From Shigella phage A2, in the sequence record OP197928: DNA of 64,000 nucleotides; one strand, written 5' to 3'. A program made the translations under genes and the position numbers. Shown here in pieces: positions 19,401-37,546 of the stretch. Position 1 is the first letter of the stretch. Each line of letters opens with the position of its first letter. The notes under the pieces are model-generated. The model did no database searches, had not been told where the DNA came from, and saw only the letters and a list, made by a program, of their open reading frames with translations.

Positions 19401-19581
19401 TAATAATTCAATATTTCAAGGTCAATTGCCGTCTGAACGACGTAAATTAATGAGTCCTTTATTTGATGCATCTGGAACAACATTTGCGCAATTTAGAGAT
19501 TTAGTTAATAAACGTCTAAAAGATAATATAGGAAATCCAAGAGACCCTGAAAATCCAACACAGGTTAAAATAGATGAATGA
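16483..19581 (+). CDS. 7: baseplate wedge initiator gp7
   Basis: 1032 aa (T4 gp7 length); ATGA-type overlap with gene 6. Confidence 0.95.
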   Translation: MTVKAPSVTSLRISKLSANQVQVRWDDVGANFYYFVEIAETKTNSGENLPSNQYRWINLGYTANNSFFFDDADPLTSYVIRVATAAQDFEQSDWIYTEEFETFATNAYTFQNMIEMQLANKFIQEKFTLNNSDYVNFNNDTIMAALMNESFQFSPSYVDVSSISNFIIGENEYHEIQGSIQQVCKDINRVYLMESEGILYLFERYQPVVKVSNDKGQTWKAVKLFNDRVGYPLSKTVYYQSANTTYVLGYDKIFYGRKSTDVRWSADDVRFSSQDITFAKLGDQLHLGFDVEIFATYATLPANVYRIAEAITCTDDYIYVVARDKVRYIKTSNAPIDSDPLSPTYSERLFEPDTMTITGNPKAVCYKMDSIGDKVFALIIGEVETLNANPRTSKIIDSADKGIYVLNHDTKTWKRVFGNTEEERRRIQPGYANMSTDGKLVSLSSSNFKFLSDNVVNDPETAAKYQLIGAVKYEFPREWLADKHYHMMAFIADEKSDWETFTPQPMKYYAEPFFNWSKKSNTRCWINNSDRVVVVYADLKYTKVIENIPETSPDRLVHEYWDDGDCTIVMPNVKFTGFKKYASGMLFYKASGEIISYYDFNYRVRDTVEIIWKPTEVFLKAFLQNQEHETPWSPEEERGLADPDLRPLIGTMMPDSYLLQDSNFEAFCEAYIQYLSDGYGTQYNNLRNLIRNKYPREEHAWEYLWSEIYKRNIYLNADKRDAVTRFFESRSYDFYSTKGIEASYKFLFKVLYNEEVEIEIESGAGTEYDIIVQSDSLTEDLVGQTIYTATGRCNVTYIERSYSNGKLQWTVTIHNLLGRLIAGQEVKAERLPSFEGEIIRGVKGKDLLQNNIDYINRSRSYYVMKIKSNLPSSRWKSDVIRFVHPVGFGFIAITLLTMFINVGLTLKHTETIINKYKNYKWDSGLPTEYADRVAKLTPTGEIEHDSVTGEAIYEPGPMAGVEYPLPDDYNAENNNSIFQGQLPSERRKLMSPLFDASGTTFAQFRDLVNKRLKDNIGNPRDPENPTQVKIDE

Positions 19582-20578
19582 TTCAAGTGTTATCTATCGT
19601 GCGATAGTTACTTCAAAATTTAGAACAGAAAAAATGTTGAATTTTTATAATTCAATTGGAAGTGGTCCGGATAAAAACACTATCTTTATCACATTTGGAA
19701 GATCAGAACCGTGGTCATCAAATGAAAATGAGGTGGGCTTTGCTCCACCTTATCCTACCGATTCCGTATTAGGTGTAACTGACATGTGGACTCATATGAT
19801 GGGAACCGTGAAGGTTCTTCCATCTATGCTTGATGCAGTTATTCCTCGTCGAGATTGGGGAGATACTAGATATCCGGATCCATATACATTTAGAATTAAC
19901 GATATTGTAGTGTGTAACTCAGCTCCTTACAATGCTACTGAATCTGGCGCAGGCTGGTTAGTATATCGTTGTTTAGATGTTCCTGATACCGGAATGTGTT
20001 CAATAGCATCTTTAACTGATAAAGATGAATGCCTTAAGTTAGGTGGAAAATGGACTCCTTCTGTTAGGTCAATGACTCCTCCTGAAGGTCGAGGAGACGC
20101 GGAAGGAACAATCGAACCCGGCGACGGATATGTTTGGGAATATCTTTTTGAGATTCCGCCTGATGTATCTATAAATAGATGCACGAATGAATATATCGTG
20201 GTTCCTTGGCCTGAGGAATTAAAAGAAGACCCGGCTAGATGGGGGTATGAAGATAATCTCACTTGGCAACAAGATGATTTTGGATTAATTTACCGTGTTA
20301 AGGCAAATACTATCCGTTTTAAAGCATATTTAGATTCAGTTTATTTTCCTGAAGCTGCATTGCCAGGAAATAAAGGATTTAGACAAATATCAATAATCAC
20401 GAATCCTCTTGAAGCTAAAGCTCATCCAAATGACCCAAATGTTAAAGCTGAAAAGGATTATTATGATCCGGAAGATTTAATGAGGCATTCGGGCGAAATG
20501 ATTTATATGGAAAATAGGCCACCTATTATTATGGCAATGGATCAGACAGAAGAAATCAATATTCTGTTTACATTTTAA
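19574..20578 (+). CDS. 8: baseplate wedge protein gp8
   Basis: 334 aa (T4 gp8 length). Confidence 0.95.
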   Translation: MNDSSVIYRAIVTSKFRTEKMLNFYNSIGSGPDKNTIFITFGRSEPWSSNENEVGFAPPYPTDSVLGVTDMWTHMMGTVKVLPSMLDAVIPRRDWGDTRYPDPYTFRINDIVVCNSAPYNATESGAGWLVYRCLDVPDTGMCSIASLTDKDECLKLGGKWTPSVRSMTPPEGRGDAEGTIEPGDGYVWEYLFEIPPDVSINRCTNEYIVVPWPEELKEDPARWGYEDNLTWQQDDFGLIYRVKANTIRFKAYLDSVYFPEAALPGNKGFRQISIITNPLEAKAHPNDPNVKAEKDYYDPEDLMRHSGEMIYMENRPPIIMAMDQTEEINILFTF

Positions 20579-20583
20579 ATTAA

Positions 20584-20609
20584 GGGAGCCCATGGGCTCC
20601 CTTTTTCTT
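20584..20609 (+). terminator. palindromic hairpin + T-tract after gene 8
   Basis: gggagcccatgggctccc perfect palindrome followed by tttttcttt. Confidence 0.6.
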
Positions 20610-20617
20610 TATAAATA
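20610..20617 (+). promoter_or_regulatory. late promoter TATAAATA for gene 9
   Basis: exact TATAAATA 25 nt upstream of gene 9 ATG. Confidence 0.6.
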
Positions 20618-20641
20618 CTATAAACTCATAAGGAAACCGCT

Positions 20642-21508
20642 ATGTTCATTCAAGAACCAAAGAAATTGATTGATACCGGCGAAATTGGTAACGCTTCTAC
20701 TGGTGATATCTTATTCGACGGTGGTAATAAAATTAATAGTGATTTTAACGCAATTTATAATGCGTTTGGCGATCAACGTAAAATGGCAGTAGCAAATGGC
20801 ACCGGAGCAGATGGTCAAATTATCCATGCTACTGGATATTATCAAAAACACTCTATTGCAGAGTATGCAACTCCAGTAAAAGTTGGCACTAGGCATGATA
20901 TTGATACCTCTACTGTAGGTGTTAAAGTTATCATTGAAAGAGGCGAACTCGGCGATTGTGTTGAATTCATTAACTCTAATGGATCAATATCAGTTACTAA
21001 TCCTTTGACAATTCAAGCTATTGATTCAATTAAAGGTGTTTCAGGTAATTTAGTAGTAACTAGCCCATATAGTAAAGTTACTTTACGCTGCATTTCATCT
21101 GATAATTCTACGTCGGTTTGGAATTATTCTATTGAAAGTATGTTTGGGCAAAAGGAATCACCAGCTGAAGGTACATGGAATATTTCTACATCTGGATCAG
21201 TTGACATTCCATTATTTCATCGCACTGAATACAATATGGCTAAATTACTAGTTACATGCCAATCGGTAGATGGAAGAAAAATTAAAACAGCAGAAATAAA
21301 TATTCTTGTGGATACTGTTAATTCAGAGGTCATTTCTTCTGAATATGCTGTCATGCGAGTTGGGAATGAAACCGAAGAAGACGAAATCGCTAATATTGCA
21401 TTTAGTATTAAAGAAAATTACGTAACGGCGACTATAAGTTCTTCAACTGTCGGTATGAGAGCAGCAGTTAAAGTTATCGCTACGCAGAAAATCGGGGTGG
21501 CTCAATAA
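20642..21508 (+). CDS. 9: baseplate wedge / long tail fiber socket gp9
   Basis: 288 aa (T4 gp9 length). Confidence 0.95.
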   Translation: MFIQEPKKLIDTGEIGNASTGDILFDGGNKINSDFNAIYNAFGDQRKMAVANGTGADGQIIHATGYYQKHSIAEYATPVKVGTRHDIDTSTVGVKVIIERGELGDCVEFINSNGSISVTNPLTIQAIDSIKGVSGNLVVTSPYSKVTLRCISSDNSTSVWNYSIESMFGQKESPAEGTWNISTSGSVDIPLFHRTEYNMAKLLVTCQSVDGRKIKTAEINILVDTVNSEVISSEYAVMRVGNETEEDEIANIAFSIKENYVTATISSSTVGMRAAVKVIATQKIGVAQ

Positions 21509-23316
21509 TGAAACAAAATATTAATATCGGTAATGTTGTAGATGATGGTACCGGTGACTACCTGCGTAAAGGTGGTATAAAAATAAATGAAAACTTTGAT
21601 GAGCTTTATTATGAACTCGGTGATGGTGATGTTCCATATTCAGCCGGTGCCTGGAAAACTTATAATGCTTCATCAGGACAAACATTAAAAGCTGAATGGG
21701 GAAAATCATACGCTATTAATACATCTTCTGGAAGAGTGACTATAAATCTTCCAAAGGGCACAGTTAATGATTACAACAAGGTAATTAGAGCTAGAGACGT
21801 ATTTGCTACATGGAACGTCAACCCAGTTACACTAGTAGCTGCTTCCGGAGATACGATTAAAGGGTCTGCAGTACCAGTTGAAATTAATGTTCAATTCAGC
21901 GATTTAGAATTAGTGTATTGTGCCCCAGGACGTTGGGAATATGTCAAAAATAAACAAATTGACAAAATTACCAGTTCAGACATTAGTAATGTAGCTCGTA
22001 AAGAATTTTTAGTCGAAGTCCAAGGACAAACAGACTTTTTAGATGTTTTCCGTGGAACTAGTTATAATGTAAATAACATCAGAGTAAAACATCGTGGTAA
22101 CGAATTGTATTACGGCGATGTGTTTAGCGAAAACAGCGATTTTGGCTCTCCGGGCGAAAATGAAGGAGAACTAGTTCCTCTTGATGGATTTAATATTCGA
22201 TTAAGACAGCCTTGTAATATTGGTGACACTGTTCAAATTGAAACATTTATGGATGGTGTATCGCAGTGGAGAAGTTCATATACAAGACGTCAAATTAGAT
22301 TGTTAGATTCAAAATTAACGTCAAAAACTTCTTTAGAAGGAAGCATTTACGTTACTGATTTATCAACAATGAAATCAATTCCATTTTCTGCTTTTGGATT
22401 AATTCCAGGAGAACCTATTAATCCTAACTCTCTTGAGGTTCGTTTTAATGGAATTTTACAGGAATTAGCTGGCACAGTTGGAATGCCATTATTTCATTGT
22501 GTTGGTGCCGATTCAGACGATGAAGTAGAATGCTCTGTTTTAGGTGGAACTTGGGAACAATCTCATACCGATTATTCAGTTGAAACTGATGAAAACGGCA
22601 TACCGGAAATTTTACATTTCGATAGAGTATTTGAGCATGGTGACATTATCAATATCACCTGGTTTAATAATGATTTGGGTACATTATTAACAAAAGATGA
22701 GATTATTGATGAAACTGATAATCTCTATGTATCGCAAGGACCAGGGGTAGATATTTCCGGTGATGTAAATTTAACAGACTTTGATAAAATTGGTTGGCCA
22801 AATGTAGAAGCAGTTCAATCTTATCAACGCGAATTTAATGCTGTTTCAAATATCTTTGATACGATTTATCCTATTGGAACTATATATGAAAACGCTGTTA
22901 ATCCAAACAACCCTGTTACATATATGGGATTCGGCTCATGGAAATTATTTGGGCAAGGAAAAGTTTTAGTTGGATGGAATGAAGATATTTCGGATCCGAA
23001 TTTTGCTCTAAATAACAACGATTTAGATTCTGGCGGAAATCCTTCGCATACTGCAGGTGGAACAGGTGGTTCTACTTCTGTTACATTGGAAAATGCTAAT
23101 CTTCCTGCAACTGAAACAGATGAAGAAGTTCTAATAGTTGATGAAAATGGATCAGTCATTGTTGGTGGGTGTCAATACGATCCAGATGAATCCGGTCCAA
23201 TTTACACTAAATACCGTGAAGCTAAAGCATCTACTAACTCTACTCACACTCCGCCAACATCAATAACTAACATTCAACCATATATTACAGTTTATCGTTG
23301 GATAAGGATTGCATAA
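21508..23316 (+). CDS. 10: baseplate wedge / short tail fiber attachment gp10
   Basis: 602 aa (T4 gp10 length). Confidence 0.95.
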   Translation: MKQNINIGNVVDDGTGDYLRKGGIKINENFDELYYELGDGDVPYSAGAWKTYNASSGQTLKAEWGKSYAINTSSGRVTINLPKGTVNDYNKVIRARDVFATWNVNPVTLVAASGDTIKGSAVPVEINVQFSDLELVYCAPGRWEYVKNKQIDKITSSDISNVARKEFLVEVQGQTDFLDVFRGTSYNVNNIRVKHRGNELYYGDVFSENSDFGSPGENEGELVPLDGFNIRLRQPCNIGDTVQIETFMDGVSQWRSSYTRRQIRLLDSKLTSKTSLEGSIYVTDLSTMKSIPFSAFGLIPGEPINPNSLEVRFNGILQELAGTVGMPLFHCVGADSDDEVECSVLGGTWEQSHTDYSVETDENGIPEILHFDRVFEHGDIINITWFNNDLGTLLTKDEIIDETDNLYVSQGPGVDISGDVNLTDFDKIGWPNVEAVQSYQREFNAVSNIFDTIYPIGTIYENAVNPNNPVTYMGFGSWKLFGQGKVLVGWNEDISDPNFALNNNDLDSGGNPSHTAGGTGGSTSVTLENANLPATETDEEVLIVDENGSVIVGGCQYDPDESGPIYTKYREAKASTNSTHTPPTSITNIQPYITVYRWIRIA

Positions 23317-23975
23317 TGAGTTTACTTAATAATAAAGCGGGAGTTATTTCCCGCTTAGCCGATTTTCTTGGTTTTAGACCTAAAGCTGGTAATATAGATG
23401 TAATGAATCGTCAATCAGTTGGGTCAGTGACAATTTCTCAATTAGCGAAAGGTTTTTATGAACCAAACGTAGAATCAGCTATTAATGATGTTCATAATTT
23501 TTCTATAAAAGACATTGGTACAATTATTACTAATAAAACTGGTGTTTCTCCTGAGGGTGTTTCTCAAACTGATTATTGGGCATTTTCTGGAACTGTAACA
23601 GACGATTCTCTTCCTCCGGGTTCTCCTGTCACAGTATTAGTATTTGGTCTTCCAGTTTCAGCAACAACTGGAATGACGGCAATTGAGTTTGTTGCAAAAG
23701 TTCGTGTTGCCCTTCAAGAAGCTATTGCGTCATTTACTGCTATCAACTCATATAAAGACCATCCGACAGATGGTAGTAAATTAGAAGTTACTTATTTAGA
23801 TAATCAAAAACATGTATTAAGCACATATTCTACATATGGAATAACTATTTCACAGGAAATTATTTCTGAGTCTAAACCTGGCTACGGTACATGGAATTTA
23901 TTAGGCGCACAAACTGTAACTTTAGATAATCAGCAGACTCCTACAGTACTTTATCATTTTGAGAGAACAGCATGA
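23316..23975 (+). CDS. 11: baseplate wedge / short tail fiber connector gp11
   Basis: Start placed at ATG 23316 (MSLLNNKAG..., 219 aa as T4 gp11) overlapping gp10 stop as TAATG; track ORF starts 18 nt earlier. Confidence 0.9.
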   Translation: MSLLNNKAGVISRLADFLGFRPKAGNIDVMNRQSVGSVTISQLAKGFYEPNVESAINDVHNFSIKDIGTIITNKTGVSPEGVSQTDYWAFSGTVTDDSLPPGSPVTVLVFGLPVSATTGMTAIEFVAKVRVALQEAIASFTAINSYKDHPTDGSKLEVTYLDNQKHVLSTYSTYGITISQEIISESKPGYGTWNLLGAQTVTLDNQQTPTVLYHFERTA

Positions 23976-25555
23976 GTAATAATACATATCAACACGTTTC
24001 TAATGAATCTCGTTATGTAAAATTTGATCCAACTGGTACAAATTTTCCGGAAGAGATTACTGATGTTCAGGCTGCTATAGCAGCCATTTCTCCTGCTGGC
24101 GTAAATGGAGTTCCTGATGCATCGTCAACAACAAAGGGAATTTTATTTCTTGCCACTGAACAGGAAGTTATAGATGGAACTAATAATACCAAAGCAGTTA
24201 CACCGGCAACGTTGGCAACAAGATTATCATATCCAAATGCTACCGAAGAAGTTTATGGACTTACACGCTATTCAACAGACGATGAAGCTGTAGCTGGTGT
24301 TAATAATGAATCATCTATAACTCCGGCTAAATTTACTACAGCAATTAATCACATTTTTGATACACGAATTTCTTCTGAAAGTTCACTTGGCGTTATTAAG
24401 TTATCATCTCTACCGCAAGCATTAGCTGGTGCAGATGATACTACTGCAATGACTCCATTAAAAACGCAGCAGTTAGCTATTAAATTAATTGCGCAAATTG
24501 CTCCTTCTGAAACCACAGCTACCGAATCGGACCAAGGTGTTGTTCAATTAGCAACAGTAGCGCAGGTTCGTCAGGGAACTTTAAGAGAAGGTTATGCGAT
24601 TTCTCCTTATACGTTTATGAATTCATCTGCTACTGAAGAATATAAAGGCGTAATTAAATTAGGAACACAGTCAGAAGTTAACTCGAATAATGCTTCTGTT
24701 GCTGTTACTGGTGCAACTCTTAATGGTCGTGGTTCTACAACGTCAATGAGAGGCGTAGTTAAATTAACTACAACTGCCGGCTCACAGAGTGGAGGTGATG
24801 CTTCGTCAGCACTAGCTTGGAATGCTGACGTTATCCATCAAAGAGGTGGTCAAACTATTAATGGAACACTCCGCATTAATAACACGCTTACAATAGCTTC
24901 AGGTGGAGCAAATATTACCGGAACAGTTAACATGACCGGTGGTTATATTCAAGGTAAGCGTGTCGTAACACAAAATGAAATTGATAGAACTATTCCTGTC
25001 GGAGCTATTATGATGTGGGCCGCTGATAGTCTTCCTAGTGATGCTTGGCGTTTTTGCCACGGTGGAACTGTTTCAGCATCAGATTGTCCATTATATGCTT
25101 CTAGAATTGGAACAAGATACGGCGGAAGTTCATCAAATCCTGGATTACCTGATATGCGTGGTCTTTTTGTTCGCGGCTCTGGTCGTGGCTCTCACTTAAC
25201 AAATCCAAATGTTAATGGTAATGACCAGTTTGGTAAGCCTAGATTAGGTGTAGGTTGTACTGGTGGATATGTTGGTGAAGTACAGAAACAACAGATGTCT
25301 TATCATAAACATGCTGGCGGATTTGGTGAGCATGATGATTCTGGAGCATTCGGTAATACCCGTAGATCAAATTTTGTTGGTACACGTAAAGGACTTGACT
25401 GGGATAACCGTTCATACTTCACCAATGACGGATATGAAATTGACCCAGCATCACAACGAAATTCCAAATATACATTAAATCGTCCTGAATTAATTGGAAA
25501 TGAAACACGTCCATGGAACATTTCTTTAAACTACATAATTAAGGTAAAAGAATGA
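23972..25555 (+). CDS. 12: short tail fiber gp12
   Basis: 527 aa (T4 gp12 length). Confidence 0.95.
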   Translation: MSNNTYQHVSNESRYVKFDPTGTNFPEEITDVQAAIAAISPAGVNGVPDASSTTKGILFLATEQEVIDGTNNTKAVTPATLATRLSYPNATEEVYGLTRYSTDDEAVAGVNNESSITPAKFTTAINHIFDTRISSESSLGVIKLSSLPQALAGADDTTAMTPLKTQQLAIKLIAQIAPSETTATESDQGVVQLATVAQVRQGTLREGYAISPYTFMNSSATEEYKGVIKLGTQSEVNSNNASVAVTGATLNGRGSTTSMRGVVKLTTTAGSQSGGDASSALAWNADVIHQRGGQTINGTLRINNTLTIASGGANITGTVNMTGGYIQGKRVVTQNEIDRTIPVGAIMMWAADSLPSDAWRFCHGGTVSASDCPLYASRIGTRYGGSSSNPGLPDMRGLFVRGSGRGSHLTNPNVNGNDQFGKPRLGVGCTGGYVGEVQKQQMSYHKHAGGFGEHDDSGAFGNTRRSNFVGTRKGLDWDNRSYFTNDGYEIDPASQRNSKYTLNRPELIGNETRPWNISLNYIIKVKE

Positions 25556-27015
25556 CAGATATTGTACTGAATGACTTACCATTCGTTGACGGCCCTCCTG
25601 CGGAGGGCCAGAGCCGCATTTCCTGGATTAAAAACGGCGAAGAAATATTAGGAGCTGACACACAGTATGGAAGCGAAGGTTCAATGAATAGACCTACAGT
25701 TTCTGTACTAAGAAATGTTGAAGTTCTTGATAAAAACATTGGAATACTTAAAACATCTTTAGAAACCGCAAATAGTGATATTAAAACCATCCAGGGCATC
25801 TTAGATGTATCTGGTGATATTGAAGCTTTAGCGCAAATAAGTATCAATAAAAAGGATATTTCTGACCTCAAAACGCTAACCAGTGAACATACAGAAATAT
25901 TAAATGGAACTAATAGTACTGTTGACAGCATTCTTGCTGATATTGGTCCATTTAACTCCGAGGCCAACTCTGTATACAGAACAATCAGAAATGATTTACT
26001 GTGGATAAAGCGTGAACTTGGACAATACACTGGTCAAGATATTAATGGTCTTCCTGTTGTAGGAAATCCTAGTAGTGGAATGAAGCATCGCATTATTAAT
26101 AATACTGATGTCATCACTTCACAGGGAATACGTTTAAGCGAATTAGAAACAAAATTTATTGAATCTGATGTAGGTTCTTTAACTATTGAAGTTGGTAATC
26201 TCCGTGAAGAGCTTGGACCTAAACCACCGTCATTTTCACAAAACGTTTACAGCCGCTTAAATGAAATTGACACTAAACAGACAACAGTTGAGTCTGACAT
26301 TAGCGCTATTAAGACCTCAATAGGATATCCAGGAAATAATTCGATTATTACGAGTGTTAATACAAACACTGATAATATTGCATCTATTAATTTAGAGCTA
26401 AATCAAAGTGGAGGTATTAAACAGCGTTTAACCGTTATTGAAACTTCTATTGGTTCAGATGATATTCCTTCGAGTATTAAAGGCCAAATCAAAGATAATA
26501 CAACTTCAATCGAAGCTCTAAATGGAATCGTCGGTGAAAACACTTCATCCGGTTTAAGAGCGAATGTTTCGTGGTTAAACCAAATTGTTGGAACTGATTC
26601 TAGCGGTGGACAACCTTCTCCTCCTGGGTCTCTTTTAAACCGAGTTTCTACAATTGAAACTTCTGTTTCAAGCTTGAACAACGATGTTCAGAACCTACAA
26701 GTAGAGATTGGTAATAACAGCACAGGAATTAAAGGGCAAGTTGTAGCGTTAAATACTTTAGTAAATGGAACTAACCCAAATGGTTCAACTGTTGAAGAAC
26801 GCGGATTAACCAATTCAATAAAAGCTAACGAAACCAACATTGCATCAGTTACACAAGAAGTGAATACAGCCAAAGGTAGTATATCTTCTCTGCAAGGTGA
26901 TGTTCAAGCTCTACAAGAAGCAGGTTATATTCCTGAAGCTCCAAAAGATGGTCAAGCTTACGTTCGTAAAGACGGCGAATGGGTATTACTTTCTACCTTT
27001 TTATCACCAGCATAA
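25552..27015 (+). CDS. wac: fibritin (whisker antigen control)
   Basis: 487 aa coiled-coil protein ending [30 protein letters not shown] (foldon trimerisation motif). Confidence 0.97.
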   Translation: MTDIVLNDLPFVDGPPAEGQSRISWIKNGEEILGADTQYGSEGSMNRPTVSVLRNVEVLDKNIGILKTSLETANSDIKTIQGILDVSGDIEALAQISINKKDISDLKTLTSEHTEILNGTNSTVDSILADIGPFNSEANSVYRTIRNDLLWIKRELGQYTGQDINGLPVVGNPSSGMKHRIINNTDVITSQGIRLSELETKFIESDVGSLTIEVGNLREELGPKPPSFSQNVYSRLNEIDTKQTTVESDISAIKTSIGYPGNNSIITSVNTNTDNIASINLELNQSGGIKQRLTVIETSIGSDDIPSSIKGQIKDNTTSIEALNGIVGENTSSGLRANVSWLNQIVGTDSSGGQPSPPGSLLNRVSTIETSVSSLNNDVQNLQVEIGNNSTGIKGQVVALNTLVNGTNPNGSTVEERGLTNSIKANETNIASVTQEVNTAKGSISSLQGDVQALQEAGYIPEAPKDGQAYVRKDGEWVLLSTFLSPA

Positions 27016-27018
27016 CAT

Positions 27019-27034
27019 GGGGCCGCAAGGCCCC
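27019..27034 (+). terminator. GC-rich tetraloop hairpin after wac
   Basis: ggggcc-gcaa-ggcccc; weak T-tract, may act mainly as RNA stability element. Confidence 0.45.
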
Positions 27035-27047
27035 AAAGGATTTTTAA

Positions 27048-28749
<1,702 letters not shown>

Positions 28750-28790
28750 TAAATATTATAAACTAATTAAAGCCCAGATTAGGAGAAATC

Positions 28791-31931
<3,141 letters not shown>

Positions 31932-31959
31932 TATTAAAGCATATTAAAGAGGATTAAAA

Positions 31960-33939
31960 ATGACTTTATTATCTCCGGGCATTGAGCTCAAAGAAACTAC
32001 GGTTCAAAGCACCGTGGTTAATAACTCTACTGGTACAGCAGCTTTGGCCGGTAAATTCCAGTGGGGTCCTGCTTTTCAAATTAAACAGGTTACAAATGAA
32101 GTAGATTTAGTTAATACTTTTGGTCAACCTACAGCTGAAACTGCTGACTATTTTATGTCTGCAATGAATTTCTTACAATACGGAAATGATTTGCGAGTTG
32201 TGCGTGCTGTCGATAGAGATACCGCTAAAAACTCATCTCCGATTGCCGGTAATATTGAATACACTATTTCTACCCCAGGTAGTAACTACGCGGTTGGAGA
32301 TAAAATCACGGTTAAGTATGTTTCAGAAGACATTGAAACAGAATGTAAAGTTACCGAAGTAGATGCTGATGGAAAAATTAAGAAAATTAATATTCCTACT
32401 GCAAAAATTATCGCTAAAGCGAAAGAAGTCGGTGAATATCCAACATTAGGTTCTAACTGGACCGCGGAAATTTCTTCGTCTTCCTCTGGTTTAGCTGCAG
32501 TAATAACTCTTGGAAAAATTATTACTGATTCTGGTATTTTATTAGCTGAAATTGAAAATGCCGAAGCTGCTATGACAGCTGTTGACTTTCAAGCAAATCT
32601 CGAAAAATATGGAATTCCAGGAGTAGTAGCTCTTTATCCAGGCGAGTTGGGCGATAAAATCGAAATTGAAATCGTATCTAAAGCTGACTACGCAAAAGGG
32701 GCTTCTGCATTACTTCCAATTTATCCAGGTGGCGGAACACGCGCATCTACTGCCAAAGCAGTGTTTGGATATGGACCACAAACTGATTCACAATACGCTA
32801 TTATAGTTCGTCGCAATGATGCTATTGTTCAAAGCGTTGTTCTTTCAACGAAGCGTGGTGAAAAAGATATTTACGATAGTAACATCTATATTGATGACTT
32901 TTTCGCAAAAGGTGGTTCAGAATATATTTTCGCAACTGCACAAAACTGGCCAGAAGGCTTCTCTGGAATTTTAACTCTGTCTGGTGGATTATCGTCAAAT
33001 GCTGAAGTAACAGCAGGAGATTTGATGGAAGCCTGGGACTTCTTTGCTGACCGTGAATCTGTTGACGTTCAGTTGTTTATTGCGGGTTCTTGCGCCGGCG
33101 AATCTTTAGAAACAGCATCTACTGTCCAAAAACACGTCGTTTCAATTGGTGATGCTCGCCAAGATTGCTTAGTACTGTGCTCACCACCGCGTGAAACTGT
33201 AGTTGGAATTCCTGTAACTCGTGCTGTTGATAACTTAGTCAATTGGAGAACTGCAGCAGGTTCATACACTGATAACAACTTTAATATCAGTTCAACCTAT
33301 GCAGCAATCGATGGTAACTACAAGTATCAGTATGACAAATATAATGATGTGAATCGTTGGGTTCCATTAGCAGCTGATATTGCTGGTTTATGCGCGAGAA
33401 CAGATAACGTTTCTCAGACTTGGATGTCTCCAGCTGGTTATAATCGTGGTCAGATTCTTAACGTTATTAAACTTGCTATTGAAACTCGCCAGGCGCAGCG
33501 CGACCGTTTATACCAAGAAGCTATCAACCCAGTAACTGGTACAGGTGGTGATGGTTACGTATTGTATGGTGATAAAACAGCTACTTCTGTTCCTTCTCCA
33601 TTTGATCGTATTAACGTTCGTCGTCTGTTTAATATGTTAAAAACGAATATCGGACGTAGTTCAAAATATCGTTTGTTCGAATTAAACAACGCGTTTACTC
33701 GTTCATCGTTCCGCACAGAAACTTCCCAGTACTTACAGGGAATTAAAGCTCTCGGTGGAATTTATGAATATCGTGTAGTTTGCGATACAACAAATAACAC
33801 TCCGTCAGTAATTGATAGAAATGAGTTTGTTGCAACATTCTACATTCAACCGGCTAGAAGCATTAACTACATTACCTTAAACTTCGTAGCAACTGCTACT
33901 GGTGCAGATTTCGATGAGTTAACTGGTCTTGCAGGTTAA
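31960..33939 (+). CDS. 18: tail sheath protein gp18
   Basis: 659 aa (T4 gp18 length). Confidence 0.97.
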   Translation: MTLLSPGIELKETTVQSTVVNNSTGTAALAGKFQWGPAFQIKQVTNEVDLVNTFGQPTAETADYFMSAMNFLQYGNDLRVVRAVDRDTAKNSSPIAGNIEYTISTPGSNYAVGDKITVKYVSEDIETECKVTEVDADGKIKKINIPTAKIIAKAKEVGEYPTLGSNWTAEISSSSSGLAAVITLGKIITDSGILLAEIENAEAAMTAVDFQANLEKYGIPGVVALYPGELGDKIEIEIVSKADYAKGASALLPIYPGGGTRASTAKAVFGYGPQTDSQYAIIVRRNDAIVQSVVLSTKRGEKDIYDSNIYIDDFFAKGGSEYIFATAQNWPEGFSGILTLSGGLSSNAEVTAGDLMEAWDFFADRESVDVQLFIAGSCAGESLETASTVQKHVVSIGDARQDCLVLCSPPRETVVGIPVTRAVDNLVNWRTAAGSYTDNNFNISSTYAAIDGNYKYQYDKYNDVNRWVPLAADIAGLCARTDNVSQTWMSPAGYNRGQILNVIKLAIETRQAQRDRLYQEAINPVTGTGGDGYVLYGDKTATSVPSPFDRINVRRLFNMLKTNIGRSSKYRLFELNNAFTRSSFRTETSQYLQGIKALGGIYEYRVVCDTTNNTPSVIDRNEFVATFYIQPARSINYITLNFVATATGADFDELTGLAG

Positions 33940-33955
33940 TACGGTGCATTCTAAA

Positions 33956-33973
33956 GGCCTGTTTCGGCAGGCC
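33956..33973 (+). terminator. hairpin after gene 18
   Basis: ggcctg-tttcgg-caggcc. Confidence 0.5.
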
Positions 33974-33974
33974 A

Positions 33975-33982
33975 TATAAATA
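33975..33982 (+). promoter_or_regulatory. late promoter TATAAATA (distal) for gene 19
   Basis: exact TATAAATA. Confidence 0.55.
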
Positions 33983-34033
33983 CACTATATCCTTAATTCT
34001 TTAATTCTATATGCCCTAGGTTAAACATAGGGA

Positions 34034-34041
34034 TATAAATA
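34034..34041 (+). promoter_or_regulatory. late promoter TATAAATA (proximal) for gene 19
   Basis: exact TATAAATA 15 nt upstream of gene 19 ATG. Confidence 0.55.
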
Positions 34042-34055
34042 CTACAGAGGCTAAT

Positions 34056-34547
34056 ATGTTTGTAGATGATGTAACACGAGCGTTTGAATCTGGTGATTTT
34101 GCTCGACCTAACTTATTCCAAGTAGAAATTTCTTATCTTGGACAAAATTTTACGTTTCAATGTAAAGCCACTGCTTTACCAGCTGGTATTGTAGAAAAAA
34201 TTCCAGTCGGATTTATGAACCGTAAAATTAACGTAGCAGGCGATCGTACATTCGATGACTGGACTGTTACAGTAATGAACGATGAGGCACATGATGCTCG
34301 CCAGAAGTTTGTTGATTGGCAAAGCATTGCTGCTGGGCAAGGGAACGAAATTACTGGTGGAAAACCAGCAGAGTATAAAAAGAGCGCTGTTGTTCGCCAA
34401 TATGCTCGTGACGCTAAAACTGTAACAAAAGAAGTCGAAATTAAAGGCTTGTGGCCTACCAACGTGGGTGAACTTCAATTAGATTGGGATTCAAACAATG
34501 AAATCCAAACCTTTGAAGTAACTCTCGCTCTCGATTATTGGGAATAA
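34056..34547 (+). CDS. 19: tail tube protein gp19
   Basis: 163 aa (T4 gp19 length). Confidence 0.95.
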   Translation: MFVDDVTRAFESGDFARPNLFQVEISYLGQNFTFQCKATALPAGIVEKIPVGFMNRKINVAGDRTFDDWTVTVMNDEAHDARQKFVDWQSIAAGQGNEITGGKPAEYKKSAVVRQYARDAKTVTKEVEIKGLWPTNVGELQLDWDSNNEIQTFEVTLALDYWE

Positions 34548-34552
34548 AATGA

Positions 34553-34570
34553 ATGGGGAGAAATCCCCAT
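34553..34570 (+). terminator. GAAA-tetraloop hairpin after gene 19
   Basis: atgggga-gaaa-tccccat. Confidence 0.5.
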
Positions 34571-34579
34571 CCTGCTTAA

Positions 34580-36204
<1,625 letters not shown>

Positions 36205-36205
<1 letters not shown>

Positions 36206-36453
36206 TGGAAGGTTTAATTGAAGCTATTAAATCAAACGACCTCGTAGCCGCTCGTAAATTCTTTGCTGAAGCCATGGCTGCAAGAACGATTGATTTAATT
36301 AAAGAAGAAAAAATCGCTATCGCTCGTAATTTCTTAATCGAAGGTGAAGAACCTGATGATGAGGATGACGAAGACGAGGATGATGACGAAGATAGCGATG
36401 ATAAAGACGACAAAAAAGACAAAGACTCTGACGAAGACGAGGATGATGAATAA
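36205..36453 (+). CDS. 67: prohead core protein gp67
   Basis: 82 aa with acidic D/E-rich tail. Confidence 0.9.
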
Positions 36454-36878
36454 TGCTTCTGATCCCTGAAACTCATGAATTAGTTCTCGAGAATGTCGAA
36501 GCACTTATTCCTGAAGCACAGGGTCGCTTTGACGAATTGTCTTCTGCTTTAAATAAAGACGATATAAATAAAATTATCGAGAATATGCTTGATGATGAAA
36601 CTGATTTAGCGGTTGCATTAGCTTCTATTAATGAAAATATGCCGTTAAATGAATTTATCGTTAAACATGTTTCTGCCCGTGGTGAAATTACTCGCACTAA
36701 AGATCGCAAAACCCGCGAACGTAATGCATTTCAAACTACCGGGTTGTCTAAAGCAAAACGTAGACAAATTGCTCGTAAAGCTACCAAAACGAAGATTGCC
36801 AATCCAGCAGGTCAATCTCGTGCTCAGCGTAAGCGTAAAAAAGCTCTTAAACGCCGTAAAGCATTAGGATTAAGCTAA
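36453..36878 (+). CDS. 68: prohead core protein gp68
   Basis: 141 aa, basic C-terminus; position between 67 and 21. Confidence 0.9.
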   Translation: MLLIPETHELVLENVEALIPEAQGRFDELSSALNKDDINKIIENMLDDETDLAVALASINENMPLNEFIVKHVSARGEITRTKDRKTRERNAFQTTGLSKAKRRQIARKATKTKIANPAGQSRAQRKRKKALKRRKALGLS

Positions 36879-37516
36879 TGAATGAACCCCAATTACTAAT
36901 TGAAACTTGGGGTCAACCTGGCGAAATTATTGATGGTGTGCCAATGCTTGAATCCCACGATGGAAAAGACTTAGGTTTAAAACCTGGTTTATACATCGAA
37001 GGAATATTCATGCAAGCGGAAGTCGTCAATAGAAATAAACGTCTTTATCCAAAACGCATATTAGAAAAAGCGGTAAAAGACTATATCAATGAGCAAGTTT
37101 TAACTAAACAAGCTCTCGGAGAATTAAATCATCCTCCACGCGCTAATGTTGACCCGATGCAAGCCGCTATCATTATAGAAGATATGTGGTGGAAAGGAAA
37201 TGACGTATACGGACGAGCTCGTGTTATTGAAGGTGACCATGGTCCTGGAGATAAATTAGCAGCTAATATTCGTGCCGGATGGATTCCAGGAGTTTCTTCT
37301 CGTGGATTAGGTTCATTGACTGACACAAATAAAGGTTATCGTATCGTAAACGAAGGATTCAAATTAACTGTAGGTGTTGATGCAGTATGGGGTCCAAGTG
37401 CTCCAGATGCATGGGTAACTCCTAAGGAAATTACCGAATCACAGACGGCGGAAGCCGATACAAGTGCCGATGACGCCTATATGGCTCTCGCAGAGGCCAT
37501 GAAAAAAGCGTTATAA
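36878..37516 (+). CDS. 21: prohead core protein and maturation protease gp21
   Basis: 212 aa (T4 gp21 length); position upstream of scaffold gene 22. Confidence 0.93.
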   Translation: MNEPQLLIETWGQPGEIIDGVPMLESHDGKDLGLKPGLYIEGIFMQAEVVNRNKRLYPKRILEKAVKDYINEQVLTKQALGELNHPPRANVDPMQAAIIIEDMWWKGNDVYGRARVIEGDHGPGDKLAANIRAGWIPGVSSRGLGSLTDTNKGYRIVNEGFKLTVGVDAVWGPSAPDAWVTPKEITESQTAEADTSADDAYMALAEAMKKAL

Positions 37517-37519
37517 ATA
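37512..37519 (+). promoter_or_regulatory. late promoter TATAAATA for gene 22
   Basis: exact TATAAATA overlapping gene 21 stop. Confidence 0.55.
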
Positions 37520-37546
37520 TTATTATCTAAACAACAGGACTACAAA